A stretch of DNA of 63,798 nt, counting the filler, from Salisapilia sapeloensis CBS 127946 (taxonomy: Eukaryota; Protista; Oomycota), in the NCBI GenBank assembly GCA_023334545.1. It is 13 parts of 13 records of this genome, joined end to end, with 100 filler letters (N's around TTAATTAATTAA, not from the genome) between each part and the next. Parts side by side here need not be neighbours in the genome. Positions count along the whole stretch, not along the records: positions 21,798 to 29,048 come from JAADVB010000524.1; positions 29,149 to 46,707 come from JAADVB010000338.1; 11 more parts are not named here. One strand, 5' to 3'. This document shows positions 22,801 to 32,740 of this stretch, one piece after another. A model generated the notes under the pieces. That model searched no databases, had not been told where the DNA came from, and was given only the letters and a program-made list of their open reading frames with translations. How positions within the stretch are numbered: the stretch's first letter is position 1; each line of letters opens with the position of its first letter. Both the position numbers and the translations under genes were made by a program.

Positions 22801-23035
22801 ATGAAGGTTTCCACGATCATGACCCTCGGACTTGCTGCATTGATTGTCGCGATCACACCCATCGTGGCTGACGATGCCAACACCCCTCAAGAGCATAATG
22901 GAGCTGGTAAGCTGGATATACCATGTAGACAAGCTCAGGACTAACGCATGCTTCGGAGTAGATGGCCACCGATTCGAGTCCGATGACCGCAAGGATGATG
23001 GCCGTCGCGGTCGTCGCGGTCGTCGGAATGACTAG
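22801..23035 (+). CDS. Small secreted peptide, 59 aa, 2 exons, with a GRR-repeat tail
   Basis: Exon 1 22801-22906, intron 22907-22961 (GTAAG...CTAAC...TAG), exon 2 22962-23035. Product: MKVSTIMTLGLAALIVAITPIVA-DDANTPQEHNGADGHRFESDDRKDDGRRGRRGRRND*. Confidence 0.75.
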
Positions 23036-23645
23036 ATGTGAGGTACAACTCCGACCGAGTAGTAGTAGTCGGAAAGCATTTGAGTAGTTGTTCTCGTTCA
23101 ATCCAAGCAAGGTTAATTGTCTATTAGCAAGTTCGCTTTATTCGTTCCTAGCTTGCCTGCGTATTGATCCTTTCCTAGCATGGTGAGCTGCAGTAGCTGA
23201 TCTACCACCACACCTATCAACTTCCCGTCCATCCGTCTCCGAAGCGCCTGAGACATGGAGATCGGAACATCTCATAGCATGTCGGCAGCACAACACCAAT
23301 ACGTGAAGACCTTGAAGACACAGCCGTCTTGCAGCGGCTACCACTGCTACCTTCAACTTCGACATGGAAACCCTGGTTCATGCATTTTAAAGAGAGACAC
23401 TCCCAAATTTATGTGGTGTTCTCGACTATACTATCGTTTGTATGCCTCTGAATACTTGGTCTCGTCGCAGGGCCGATTTTTTCTAATCTGCGAAATCGCG
23501 TCTGAAATTTCATGCGGCAGATATGACCGGATATTTACACTAAACGACTGTATGTGAACGGCCGAAGATATCCGATGCGCATCATCCGCTTCAACTATCC
23601 TTCGACTTCGAGGCGCCATGATCTACCTTTGGAGGAGGAGGAAGA

Positions 23646-23661
23646 GGTCATTCTCAAATTT
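23646..23661 (+). promoter_or_regulatory. Inr/FPR core promoter of LEA-like gene A (identical copy at 29002-29017, minus strand)
   Basis: GGTCATTCTCAAATTT matches the oomycete consensus at 14/16 positions, about 48 nt before the ATG. Confidence 0.7.
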
Positions 23662-23708
23662 GCTACGAGCAGCACAAGACAACCACCACCACAACCACAG
23701 TATCCAAG

Positions 23709-24425
23709 ATGAACTCTGCCAACGACGCCGGTGCCAAGCCCTCCATGAAGGAGCGTATGAAGGTCAAGAAAGAGCACATGAAAGAGAAGATCAAGGGCGA
23801 AAACTCTTCTGTGAACAACCCGACGCAGCCGACGGCAACAGAAAAGGCCAAGGTCAAGGCGGAGGATGCTAAAGAGAGGATGAAGCCGAACAACACCCAT
23901 ACCTCGCACAACACCAACACCGGCCCATCCGCTTCTGAACGAGCTAAGGTCGAGGCGAACGATAAGAAGCGTGAGGTTACTGGCGAAAGCAACAACCCAG
24001 CGCAGCCTACGTGGACGGAACGTGCCAAGGTTGAAGCCGATGACAAGAGGCGCGAAGTCACAGGTGAGAGCAACAACCCGGTGCAGCCAACATGGACTGA
24101 ACGCGCCAAGGTGACTGCGGAGGACGCGAAAAACGAAGTGGCTCCGAACACGCGCAACCCATACGCGCCCACTGCGACGGAGAAAATGAAGGTTGAGGCT
24201 GAAGATAAGAAGCGTGAGGTGACCGGCGAGAGCCATAACCCGGTGCAGCCAACATGGACTGAACGCGCCAAGGTGACTGCCGAAGACATTAAGAACCAGG
24301 TGGCTCCGAACACTCGTAACCCGTACGCTCCGACGATGACGGAGAAGATGAAAGTCAAGGGTGAGGACAAGAAGGACGAGCTGATGCACGAGCATGAGGA
24401 GCGTCCGGTGGAACGTGCCAACTAA
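23709..24425 (+). CDS. LEA-like/hydrophilin repeat protein A (238 aa)
   Basis: Repeats of PT(A/W)xE(K/R)AKVxA(E/D)DxK separated by N/P/T/H-rich linkers. Very hydrophilic, no Cys, no signal peptide. Confidence 0.8.
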   Translation: MNSANDAGAKPSMKERMKVKKEHMKEKIKGENSSVNNPTQPTATEKAKVKAEDAKERMKPNNTHTSHNTNTGPSASERAKVEANDKKREVTGESNNPAQPTWTERAKVEADDKRREVTGESNNPVQPTWTERAKVTAEDAKNEVAPNTRNPYAPTATEKMKVEAEDKKREVTGESHNPVQPTWTERAKVTAEDIKNQVAPNTRNPYAPTMTEKMKVKGEDKKDELMHEHEERPVERAN

Positions 24426-25015
24426 GATTTTTTACTTTTATTTACGCCAGAAAGCAATGAATATAACACCATCTATTTGCTTTCAATTTTATAAATCGTT
24501 TTTGGGCTTTCGCCTTGAAGGCGTGGTAACCTTTGTGGTAATGTAGTCGTATCAGAGCTATTTTATGCGTGTGCAGCCCACAAGTATCACGAGCATGGCT
24601 GCTGGAAAGGAGCATTTCGTTAAACTACAAACTAGAACCTGAGAGGTGCTGCATCAGAAGCGAATGAAGATGCTTGGAAGCGGCCTCATCTGCAAGTGCC
24701 GTCGTAACGAATGCTAACGATGTGGCCCGTGCCTGCCCAAGTTTCCAGTTTGCAGCTGAAAGCCGCATTCGACTCAAGCACTCGTAGACGGAAACAAGAA
24801 TCTGACGGCGAACGATTAGTTTAAGCAGTCAAAATACCAAAAAGCTATCGTTTCTTTTAAGAGGTGTAGCTCTTGAGCTTGTCGTATGCAGGCCAGTCCA
24901 TCGTGATGGAATGGAGTCTCGTTGAGTAGTACGTAGGACTGAAATGTCTGGCATAAGCAAGCCTTCCAATAACCAGCCTCTTTAGCTCCGTCGCACCCAC
25001 CGTTGACATTTTCGA

Positions 25016-26266
25016 CTACCACGCAGGCTGAACTGCGTTTCTGTTTACGTACTTGTGCGCCATACCGTTGTTCCATCTCGGAGCGATCGTCTCCATTCCG
25101 AAACCTATGGGCTGCCATTGGGCCATTCTTTGACGAAGATAAGGCTCTCTAGGACGCATTTCATGTTGTGCATTTGGCATCTTTTGGGAATCTCTAGAGT
25201 GTCGCTGGCTTGTTCCGTGACGGTGATGAGCCTCTCTCGTATGCATTTGGTGTTGTGCATTCGGCACCTCTTGAAATTGGACATGAGGCCGTTGGTTTGT
25301 TCTCTGAACAAGTTGAGGCGCTGTTGGATGCATATTGCCTTGTGCATTTGGCGCCATTTGGTAATCTATGGAGCTCCGAGGGAATGTTCTCCGAGGAAGA
25401 TGGTACCCTCTCGGACGCAAATCATGTTGTGCATTCGGTATCTCTCGAAACTGTACAGAATCCTGTTGGTTCATTCCATGAGAAAGACAACATCCTCTCG
25501 GACACATTGCGTGCTGTGCACTTGGTGCTTCTTGAAAGTGAACAGAGCGATGCTGGGTCATTCCATGGCCAGCATGAGATTCTATCGGATGTACTTTGCT
25601 TTGCGCATTCGGCACTTGTCGAGCGTCTGTGGAGCGACGTCGGCTTGATTTCTGACGACTATGAAACTCTTTTGTCCGCACTTCGCTTTGAACATTCGGC
25701 ACTTCTTGGAAGTGAACGGATCGTCGCTGGCTCTTTTCGTGGCGAGGATGACGGACTATTGGGCGCATGCCGTTTTGTGCATTTGGTATCTCTTGAGAGT
25801 GTATGGAGTGCCACTGGTTTGTTCCCTGACGAAGGCAAGACCTTTTCGGCCGCATTTCATTTGTTGCATTTGGAATCTGTCGAGAATCTACAGAGCCCCG
25901 CTGGTACGCTCCTTGATAAGGATGAGACTCTTTTGGGTGCATTACAATTCGTGCATTCGGCACCTCTTGGAAGTGTATAGAACGCCACTGCGTCAATTCC
26001 TGAGGGTAGTAAAACTCTTTCAGATGCATTGCGTGTTGTGCATTCTGCACCTGTTGGAAGTGTACAGGGCGATGCTGCACCATTCTATGAGGAGGATAAA
26101 AGTCTCTCGGATGCATTCCGATTTGTGCATGCTGCATCTCTGAGATACATGTGGAGTACTGCTGGTTTGTTCTCTGAACACGTTGAGGCGCTGCTGGATG
26201 CATTCCGCTCGCTGCCGAGGATACTTGTCTTGTGGGGTACGCAGCGAAAGTTTGACTGATGGGCAT
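25016..26266 (-). CDS. His/Gln/Arg-rich protein with about 12 tandem 29-aa (87-nt) repeats
   Basis: Uninterrupted ATG ORF of 416 aa. Unit consensus M(H/R)P...R(S/P)(V/I)HFQEVPNAQ. The conserved Pro varies synonymously (CCA/CCG) in this frame, whereas the plus-strand frames are interrupted. Confidence 0.7.
   Translation of the reverse strand: MPISQTFAAYPTRQVSSAASGMHPAAPQRVQRTNQQYSTCISEMQHAQIGMHPRDFYPPHRMVQHRPVHFQQVQNAQHAMHLKEFYYPQELTQWRSIHFQEVPNARIVMHPKESHPYQGAYQRGSVDSRQIPNATNEMRPKRSCLRQGTNQWHSIHSQEIPNAQNGMRPIVRHPRHEKSQRRSVHFQEVPNVQSEVRTKEFHSRQKSSRRRSTDARQVPNAQSKVHPIESHAGHGMTQHRSVHFQEAPSAQHAMCPRGCCLSHGMNQQDSVQFREIPNAQHDLRPRGYHLPRRTFPRSSIDYQMAPNAQGNMHPTAPQLVQRTNQRPHVQFQEVPNAQHQMHTREAHHRHGTSQRHSRDSQKMPNAQHEMRPREPYLRQRMAQWQPIGFGMETIAPRWNNGMAHKYVNRNAVQPAW
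25130..26180. repeat. Degenerate 87-nt tandem repeat, about 12 units
   Basis: TGTGCATT(C/T)GGCA-like cores recur at about 87-nt spacing, e.g. near 25340, 25427, 25514, 25601, 25688 and 25775. Confidence 0.85.
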
Positions 26267-26664
26267 AACTCTCTTCAGACCAAGTGTCCAAACTCGAAAT
26301 TTCGTCCAGTCTTACGCTTAGCTACAACCTCGTTCTCGATCTGCAAAAGCTGATGCTCAAGAACTCTTCTCTCTACTACTTTGGATCGCAATATCGTAAA
26401 GGACGCTGAAAACAGCACCTATCTTCTCCGCATCACGACCTGTAGATAGCATGCAGATTCCCCTGGGTTACTGTTCACAAATGCATAGGCAGTGTAGTTA
26501 GGTTGCTCTTTACTCACATCACGATACTCTTTTGGCTGTATGCTGTAGCCCGTCTCTAGGTCGCTGCTAGAGTAGTTCGTGCTCATGGCTTTTTTGTGGA
26601 CGCTTAGGCAGAGTCAGCAAGCACTGGTAGAGACCATGCTTCCATGGACGACAGTCGTATTTCT

Positions 26665-27700
26665 CTAGGCAATACCTGATGCTAGCCTCTTTACCACACG
26701 ATTCGTGTGAATTGACGTTGCATTCGTCTTGGAAGAGACGCTGGTGTCGCTGCCACGCGACGTGTACACCTTAATGCTGCACTCATCCTCGGCAGAGACG
26801 GTGTTGTTGGTCGGAGCAAAGGCTGCCAGTAATTTGGATGCGAGCGGATTCATGTCCTTCGTATCAGTGCTGGTTGTTGCCTGCAATGTAGAAGCAAGAA
26901 TGGAATTAAGAACCATTGCTGGTGCTTATAAGTTGATTGTTACCGTCAGATGCCACTGCACTATCGCATCCTTGGCTTGACCAGAGTAGCGGGCAATAGA
27001 GGAAAGAAGTTCTAGGGGCTCACTTGGGTAGTGGCAACAGAACCACTGGGCTGGAAAGCAATTAGAAGGACTATCGTATGGATGACGTCGAACCGCGTTG
27101 GCTCTATAAGTTTGGTATTAAAGAACGTATAGTTTTGTCCATGAAGACTGCATTGCCGGTTGAAGACTCCTGCCTACCAAGTGCATCGAGCAGCTTGGTG
27201 GCCGGAGCAGAATGAATACCTTGGGCGAAACCTTTTGTCAGGTGAAATAATTTCCTTAGCGTGCGCTCCGAGTATCCATGCCAGTCCCAGTAAGTGCGGA
27301 TCCCCTCATCAAGCATATCACCCACTTTATATGAATGCAAGTGCATTTGCTCGAGCGGAGACTGTGGGCATCCGTCACAAGATGGAGCAAAAGAAGAGGC
27401 ATTCATTGCTTACACCGTAGTGTGCAGTGTTTGTCTTCTACTCGTCCGTAACATCCCCGTGGGATTCTGCAGCGACGAGTAACGTCCGCTTATCATTTTC
27501 AAGGTAATCTACAGTGGATCCGTAACGGCCACAGGGCCACACGTACCCATCGACAAAGATTCGTATCGAATGACCAGCAATCGTGTGCTGAGAGACCAGC
27601 AAGCTTTTTCGCAACAATAGTACGGAGGCGAGAGAGTTGTGGAAACGCAGCCGGCGGATGCGATCCTGTCATCCCGAAGTTTAAGTTTCCGCTGAACGGA
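26665..27700 (-). CDS. Possible multi-exon gene of unknown function
   Basis: Short open segments with plausible GT/AG edges (FPFSGNLNFGMTG...SFDTNLCRW; SPLEQMHLHSYKVGDMLDEG...RKLFHLTK). No family recognised and the model is unverified. Confidence 0.3.
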
Positions 27701-28087
27701 AACCTAGACAAACTACACCAGAACAGGTGCAAAATGTAGTAGCAAGTGCTTTTCGAGTCGAATCTAACTCCTTCTTCCAGTTATCTATTCAAAACACGAG
27801 CACTCAAGAGACCTGAATAAGTGTTGGTCCGACGCACACAGCTTTCAATCGCCCGACCTTCAAACCCTAACTTTCTCACGGCACGCACATTCTTTGAACA
27901 GCTCCACTTCTTTGACAAAGGCGTGTCTAGGAACAAGCGCTCCACGCTTCCAATCCGATACTAGTATCGAATCTACATTACACGACCTTCTCACGTACAA
28001 AACAAACCTCAACAAACACCAAACAAAAGAGTTAAAGCGATTTCATATCATGTTCGTCGCTTCCATGGAGTGTAAATAATAGTCATC

Positions 28088-28954
28088 CTAGTTGGCGTGC
28101 TCCACCGGACGCTCCTCGTGCGCCGCCGAGGTCGTCTGGTTGCCGCCGAGGGCCCAGTCCTTCATCTCCGTCGCCTTCTGGCCGATCGTGCCGAACATGG
28201 ACTGGTTCTGGCTGCCGTCCTGCGTCAGCTCGTCCTTCTTCTCCTCGCCGCGCACCTTGGCCTTCTCGGTCGTCGAGGGCGCCTCCGGGTTGCGCGTGTT
28301 CGGCGCCACCTCGTTCTTCGCGTCCTCCGCCTTCACCTTGGCCTTCTCACCCGTCGACGGCTGCATCGGGTTGTGCGTCTCGCCCGTCATCTCGCGCTTC
28401 TTGTCGTTCGCCTCCACCTTGGCTCGTTCCGAAGCGGATGGGCCCGAGTGCGTGTTGTGCGAGTTGTTCGGCGTCACCTTGTCCTTGGCGTCTTCCGCCT
28501 TGACCTTGGCCTTTTCACCCGCCGTCGGCTCCGTCGGACCCGAGTGGTTGTTCGGCGTCACCTTGTCCTTGGCGTCCTCCGCCTTGACCTTGGCCTTCTC
28601 GCCGGCCGTCGGGCCAGTCGTGTGGCTGTTCGGCGTCACCTTGTCCTTGGCCTTCTCGGTGGCCGTCGGGCCCGAGTGGTTGTTGTTCGGAGTCATCTTC
28701 TCCTTGGCGTTCTCCGCCTTCACCTTGGCTTTCTCACCGGCCGTCGGCTGCGTCGGGTCACTCGACGACTTGTTCGGCGTCACCTTCTCCTTGGCGTGCT
28801 CGGCCTTCACCTTGGCCTTTTCGCCGGCCGACGGCTGCGTCGGGTCGTTCGAAGTCTTGTTGCTCGGCTTCATCTTTTCCTTGATGTGGTGCGTCTTCTC
28901 CTTCACACGGTCCTTCATCGGGGGCTTGGCACCGGCGTCGTTGGCAGAGTTCAT
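28088..28954 (-). CDS. LEA-like/hydrophilin repeat protein B (288 aa)
   Basis: Same N-terminus (MNSANDAGAKP) and C-terminus (HEERPVExAN) as protein A, with about 9 PTAGEKAKVKAEDAK-type repeats and strong GC3 bias. Confidence 0.85.
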   Translation of the reverse strand: MNSANDAGAKPPMKDRVKEKTHHIKEKMKPSNKTSNDPTQPSAGEKAKVKAEHAKEKVTPNKSSSDPTQPTAGEKAKVKAENAKEKMTPNNNHSGPTATEKAKDKVTPNSHTTGPTAGEKAKVKAEDAKDKVTPNNHSGPTEPTAGEKAKVKAEDAKDKVTPNNSHNTHSGPSASERAKVEANDKKREMTGETHNPMQPSTGEKAKVKAEDAKNEVAPNTRNPEAPSTTEKAKVRGEEKKDELTQDGSQNQSMFGTIGQKATEMKDWALGGNQTTSAAHEERPVEHAN

Positions 28955-29257
28955 CTTGGATACTGTGGTTGTGGTGGTGGTTGTCTTGTGCTGCTCGTAG
29001 CAAATTTGAGAATGACCTCTTCCTCCTCCTCCAAAGGTAGATCATGGCNNNNNNNNNNNNNNNNNNNNNNNNNNNNNNNNNNNNNNNNNNNNTTAATTAA
29101 TTAANNNNNNNNNNNNNNNNNNNNNNNNNNNNNNNNNNNNNNNNNNNNAAGTGGTATGAGTCTCAAGCCGAGTGCAGTACTCTCACTCGAGCACTCAATC
29201 CACGATAGCGATAGCATATTTGCTCTACTGTCGGATGATAACCTCCTGTCTTTCCAT

Positions 29258-30190
29258 CTACCTTCCTGCCAGCACACCCTCACTCCACTGCTTGATCTCC
29301 TTCGCCAAATCCTCTGCACGAGTCTTTTGGATGTTGTGACCTCCTTTCGCAAACTCTAGTCTTGGCCCAGGTCCCAACATCTTCTCCAACTCGATCGGAA
29401 TTTCCTTCTCCATAAACTCGTCATTCGCTGCCCATGCACAAAACGTCGGGAGATCATCTTTAATCATACCTACATGCTTCTTCATGACATCAAAGTCGAC
29501 AGAGCCTGATCGGACGATGCCAGAGACGTAGTGATTTGCTGGGTACTGCTTAGAGAAACCTAAGAGTCTCGTGTAGATAAACTTGGATGCCCAAGACATA
29601 GGCGGACTAACTCCTCCATCAGATGTCTGGAGCAGTCGAACGAAAGCAGCGTTTGCCTTTGGTCGCAGAATATGATGCGGACGAATACCAGCAGACGCCA
29701 GTAGGACTAGTCCTCGTACATTCAGTCGCTCTTGCTGGATGAGCTCCAATCGATTTAATGCTGCCATATTCATGGCACCGTGTGCTCCAAACGAATGTCC
29801 GATCATAAACACATCCTCCTCCTGACTACACAAGTGATTGGCAGCATGTAGCAACATACGAGCCGCTGGGATACAGCTCATCGCTTCGATCTCGTGACGC
29901 TGATGCACCTTTGACTGACCGGCTCCGGGATAGTTCATACCAATAACTCGCATGTGCTGATTCAAATGGGGCAGAATGTACTTGTAATCTGCGTACGACC
30001 CGGGAGCTCCATGGACGAGAATCGCCACGGAACTAGATGGTGTCAAGGACGGCAGGTCAATGTACTCGATAGTGCATTCTTGTGATTCTAGTGGCAAGTG
30101 CTGTGCTTGTGGCAGTGGTGGAGGCTTGAGTAGCTTTTCTTTGGTGCTTGGGCGCCGGGCAAAAGGCAGCGGGAACCGAAGGTGGCGCAT
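29258..30190 (-). CDS. Alpha/beta hydrolase (Abhydrolase_1/6-like)
   Basis: HGAPGS oxyanion motif, GHSFG nucleophile elbow, ANDEFM and GGHNIQ. First ATG is 30190. Confidence 0.85.
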   Translation of the reverse strand: MRHLRFPLPFARRPSTKEKLLKPPPLPQAQHLPLESQECTIEYIDLPSLTPSSSVAILVHGAPGSYADYKYILPHLNQHMRVIGMNYPGAGQSKVHQRHEIEAMSCIPAARMLLHAANHLCSQEEDVFMIGHSFGAHGAMNMAALNRLELIQQERLNVRGLVLLASAGIRPHHILRPKANAAFVRLLQTSDGGVSPPMSWASKFIYTRLLGFSKQYPANHYVSGIVRSGSVDFDVMKKHVGMIKDDLPTFCAWAANDEFMEKEIPIELEKMLGPGPRLEFAKGGHNIQKTRAEDLAKEIKQWSEGVLAGR

Positions 30191-31285
30191 GGAAACTTCA
30201 CGACTGCATTTAACGTCTGACTGCGAAAGCGGTTTCGCGATCTTATAAGGTCTTAAAGGGAACTTCACGTTCGTGCTGGCGTCAGCTAGTTTGCAGATAC
30301 ATGCCTAATGATCTGGAGTCTTGAGTCTGAGTAAAATGTGTTAGCATTATTGCCACTGAATGCATCATTAAAATTACTTTCTCTGCATCTCTTCTATTTT
30401 TACCGTATTCATAGCATGCTTTCTTAGACTGCCTCACTTGTTAGTTGAAATGATGCCTATCAGTCCTTCTTGTCTATCATTCGTGAACTTCTCCGAGCTT
30501 GACACTGCGATAGTTTTTGTGGGTATGCCAAGTTCAAAAGAGCAGAAGGATATGTGCAGCTAAGTTCCTACTTGTGTCCATCACCACTCGAATGGAGAGT
30601 TTAAATGCCTTTAAAAATTAAGAGCAACTGCACTATAATATCTCTTCACTCGCGCATACAATGGAGGTAGCCATGGAGACCTGTGTATGGCAAGTTATCC
30701 ACGGGCTTATTTGCTGTTCGTGTAGACACAGGTCAGTCGACATTCACAATGCATTGTGGATGCACGACTGTTTGATCTACGCACACGTAGGATGAATAAA
30801 AGCCTTTATACAACGCTTTAAACACTCCAATCATCATGGACGTTGTCGCTTAGCTCCTGATACAAATGCTCTCCAAGACATCTTTCGACAATCCCAAATG
30901 TCCACGACCGAAAATCAAGATCGTGATCGCCATATAGCAATGCATCAAACCAGAAAGCAACATCCATGTTTACCTGCAAGCCTACCATCGCGTAATAAGT
31001 GCTATTCTTCCCTAAAGCTGTACTAGCGCTCAAGATAGACGCCCACAACAGCATCACGATACAATATCCCAATGCATGAGATAAATCGCAGTCCAGGCAA
31101 TTGTCTCTACCGTTACGCAAAAGCGCTTTTATCCTCTCCATCCCTTTAACACCGCTTAGCAATGAATGAGTAGCTTCCATGTACGCATAAACCCCAAGGA
31201 ATTAGTTTACTTTATTCATCATTCTCTCTACTCATTCTTTTCATATTAACAAAGTGAAATCGTCACATATCAGAACCAAGTATAA

Positions 31286-32710
31286 ATGGCAGCCAAGGCA
31301 TCAGCATGGCATGCTCGTGGCAGTGCACTCCGCAAGCCTCGGTGGCGATCCGTAAGTAGTTTCCAGCCTGCAAGACACAACAATGCCGTCAAAACACTTC
31401 GGACGCCACTAAGTCCTCGTATGATGGAACTTGGCGCTCTCCCATTCCCATCCAGTAACCGCTTCCTGCGTCATCGAGGTCTGACGGCCGATGCACCTTT
31501 CACAGGCTTCGAGCTGCTCTTCCTAGGCACAAATGCAGGTGCACCAAGCATGAATCGCAATCCTACAGCCTTGTGTCTGCAGATGGAAGGCCAGAACTGG
31601 ATGATCGACTGCGCCGAAGGCAGTCTGCGTCAGCTCATGCGAAGCTCTATACGCGTGCCAGCAACGTCCAAGTTCTTCATCACGCACCTCCACGGCGACC
31701 ACGTCTTTGGTCTCCCTGGCATGCTCTGTACACTGGACAGTTTCAACGCAGCGTACACGGACCCGAAAACCAAAGAGCCATGTCCTCGTCCGATCGAGCT
31801 CTACGGTCCCTTAGGTCTCTTCAGCTACCTCAACACGACTCTATCGTTAAGTGGTGCTCGTCTGCCAAACCTCCACATCACTATCCACGAGTTCGTGTCG
31901 GATGAAATCCATGAGAACACCTCCAAGCTCGAGAAACTCTCGCGCCAAACACCTCACCATCCAGTACACACTCTCTCTCTTCCTACCTCATAACCAGTGT
32001 CTTACCATGCACTAGAGCCTCGATAAGAAGTGGATCCACCCTAGATCCGACGGCAATGGACAGTATTGGAAGGTCGTGGACAACGGACAAGTCGTCGTCA
32101 AAGCCGCTGCACTCCAACACACCGTTCCGACGTTCGGCTACGTCTTCGAAGAGCACAAGACGAGAGGCAAGCTAGATGCAGCGAAACTACGTGCGACAGG
32201 GCTACGTCCAGGACCAAAGTATCAACAGATCAAACGCGGCAAGGACGTTGAGATGGACGACGGCACAGTCCTCCGGTCTCAAGACTACGTCGCGCCGGAC
32301 ATTCCAGGCCGGAAGATCGTCATCTTAGGAGACAACTGCGACGCCTCCCGCATGTACGACCTCGGATACGACTGTGACGTAAGGTTTTGATCGACTAGAA
32401 AGATAGGAACAAGGTCATAAACGACATTTAGATACTCGTGCATGAAGCAACGTTAGGACACGACATGGTACGCAAGGCAGTCGCGAGAGGACACTCGACG
32501 GGGAGTATGGCCGGGTATGCTGCTCGAAGGATGAACGCCAAGCTCCTGGCACTGACACACTTTAGCCATCGATTCATGACCTGGTCAAAAGCTTCCAACC
32601 TCCATACGACGCAGCATCTGGCACTCGAAGCCTCGTTATCGTCGAAAAGAAGAGCTGTCGTCCCTGCCTACGACTTGATGCGCATCCCTGTACGTAAGAA
32701 AACGTCATGA
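31286..32710 (+). CDS. Ribonuclease Z, short (ZiPD/ELAC1-type) form, 3 exons
   Basis: FLGTNAG, DCAEG, THLHGDH (HxHxDH), flexible arm GLRPGPKYQQIKRG, ILGD, HEAT and LTHFS. Introns at approx. 31964-32015 and 32380-32431. Confidence 0.9.
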
Positions 32711-32740
32711 AAAGAAAAAATAGACACGTTTGTTGGCTCT

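Larger units (their letters stand above)
21798..29048. repeat. 141-nt exact direct repeat at both contig termini (21798-21938 = 28908-29048)
   Basis: Direct comparison of the two contig ends. Confidence 0.95.

Noticed and set aside
22962-23035. RxLR-dEER effector call for the small peptide
   Set aside because: There is no RxLR motif. HRFESDDR is only loosely EER-like and no effector domain follows.
25130-26180. 87-nt periodic array as a CRISPR array or non-coding satellite; plus-strand 256-aa ORF as the real product
   Set aside because: There is no constant repeat with unique spacers, and the context is eukaryotic. The period is a multiple of 3, synonymous variation favours the minus frame, and the plus frames contain stops.
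23595-29104. Long hydrophobic or Arg/Leu-rich ORFs antisense to the LEA-like genes (23595-24421, 28092-29104)
   Set aside because: Shadow frames of GC-rich repetitive coding sequence. The Inr/FPR orientation supports the LEA-like strand.
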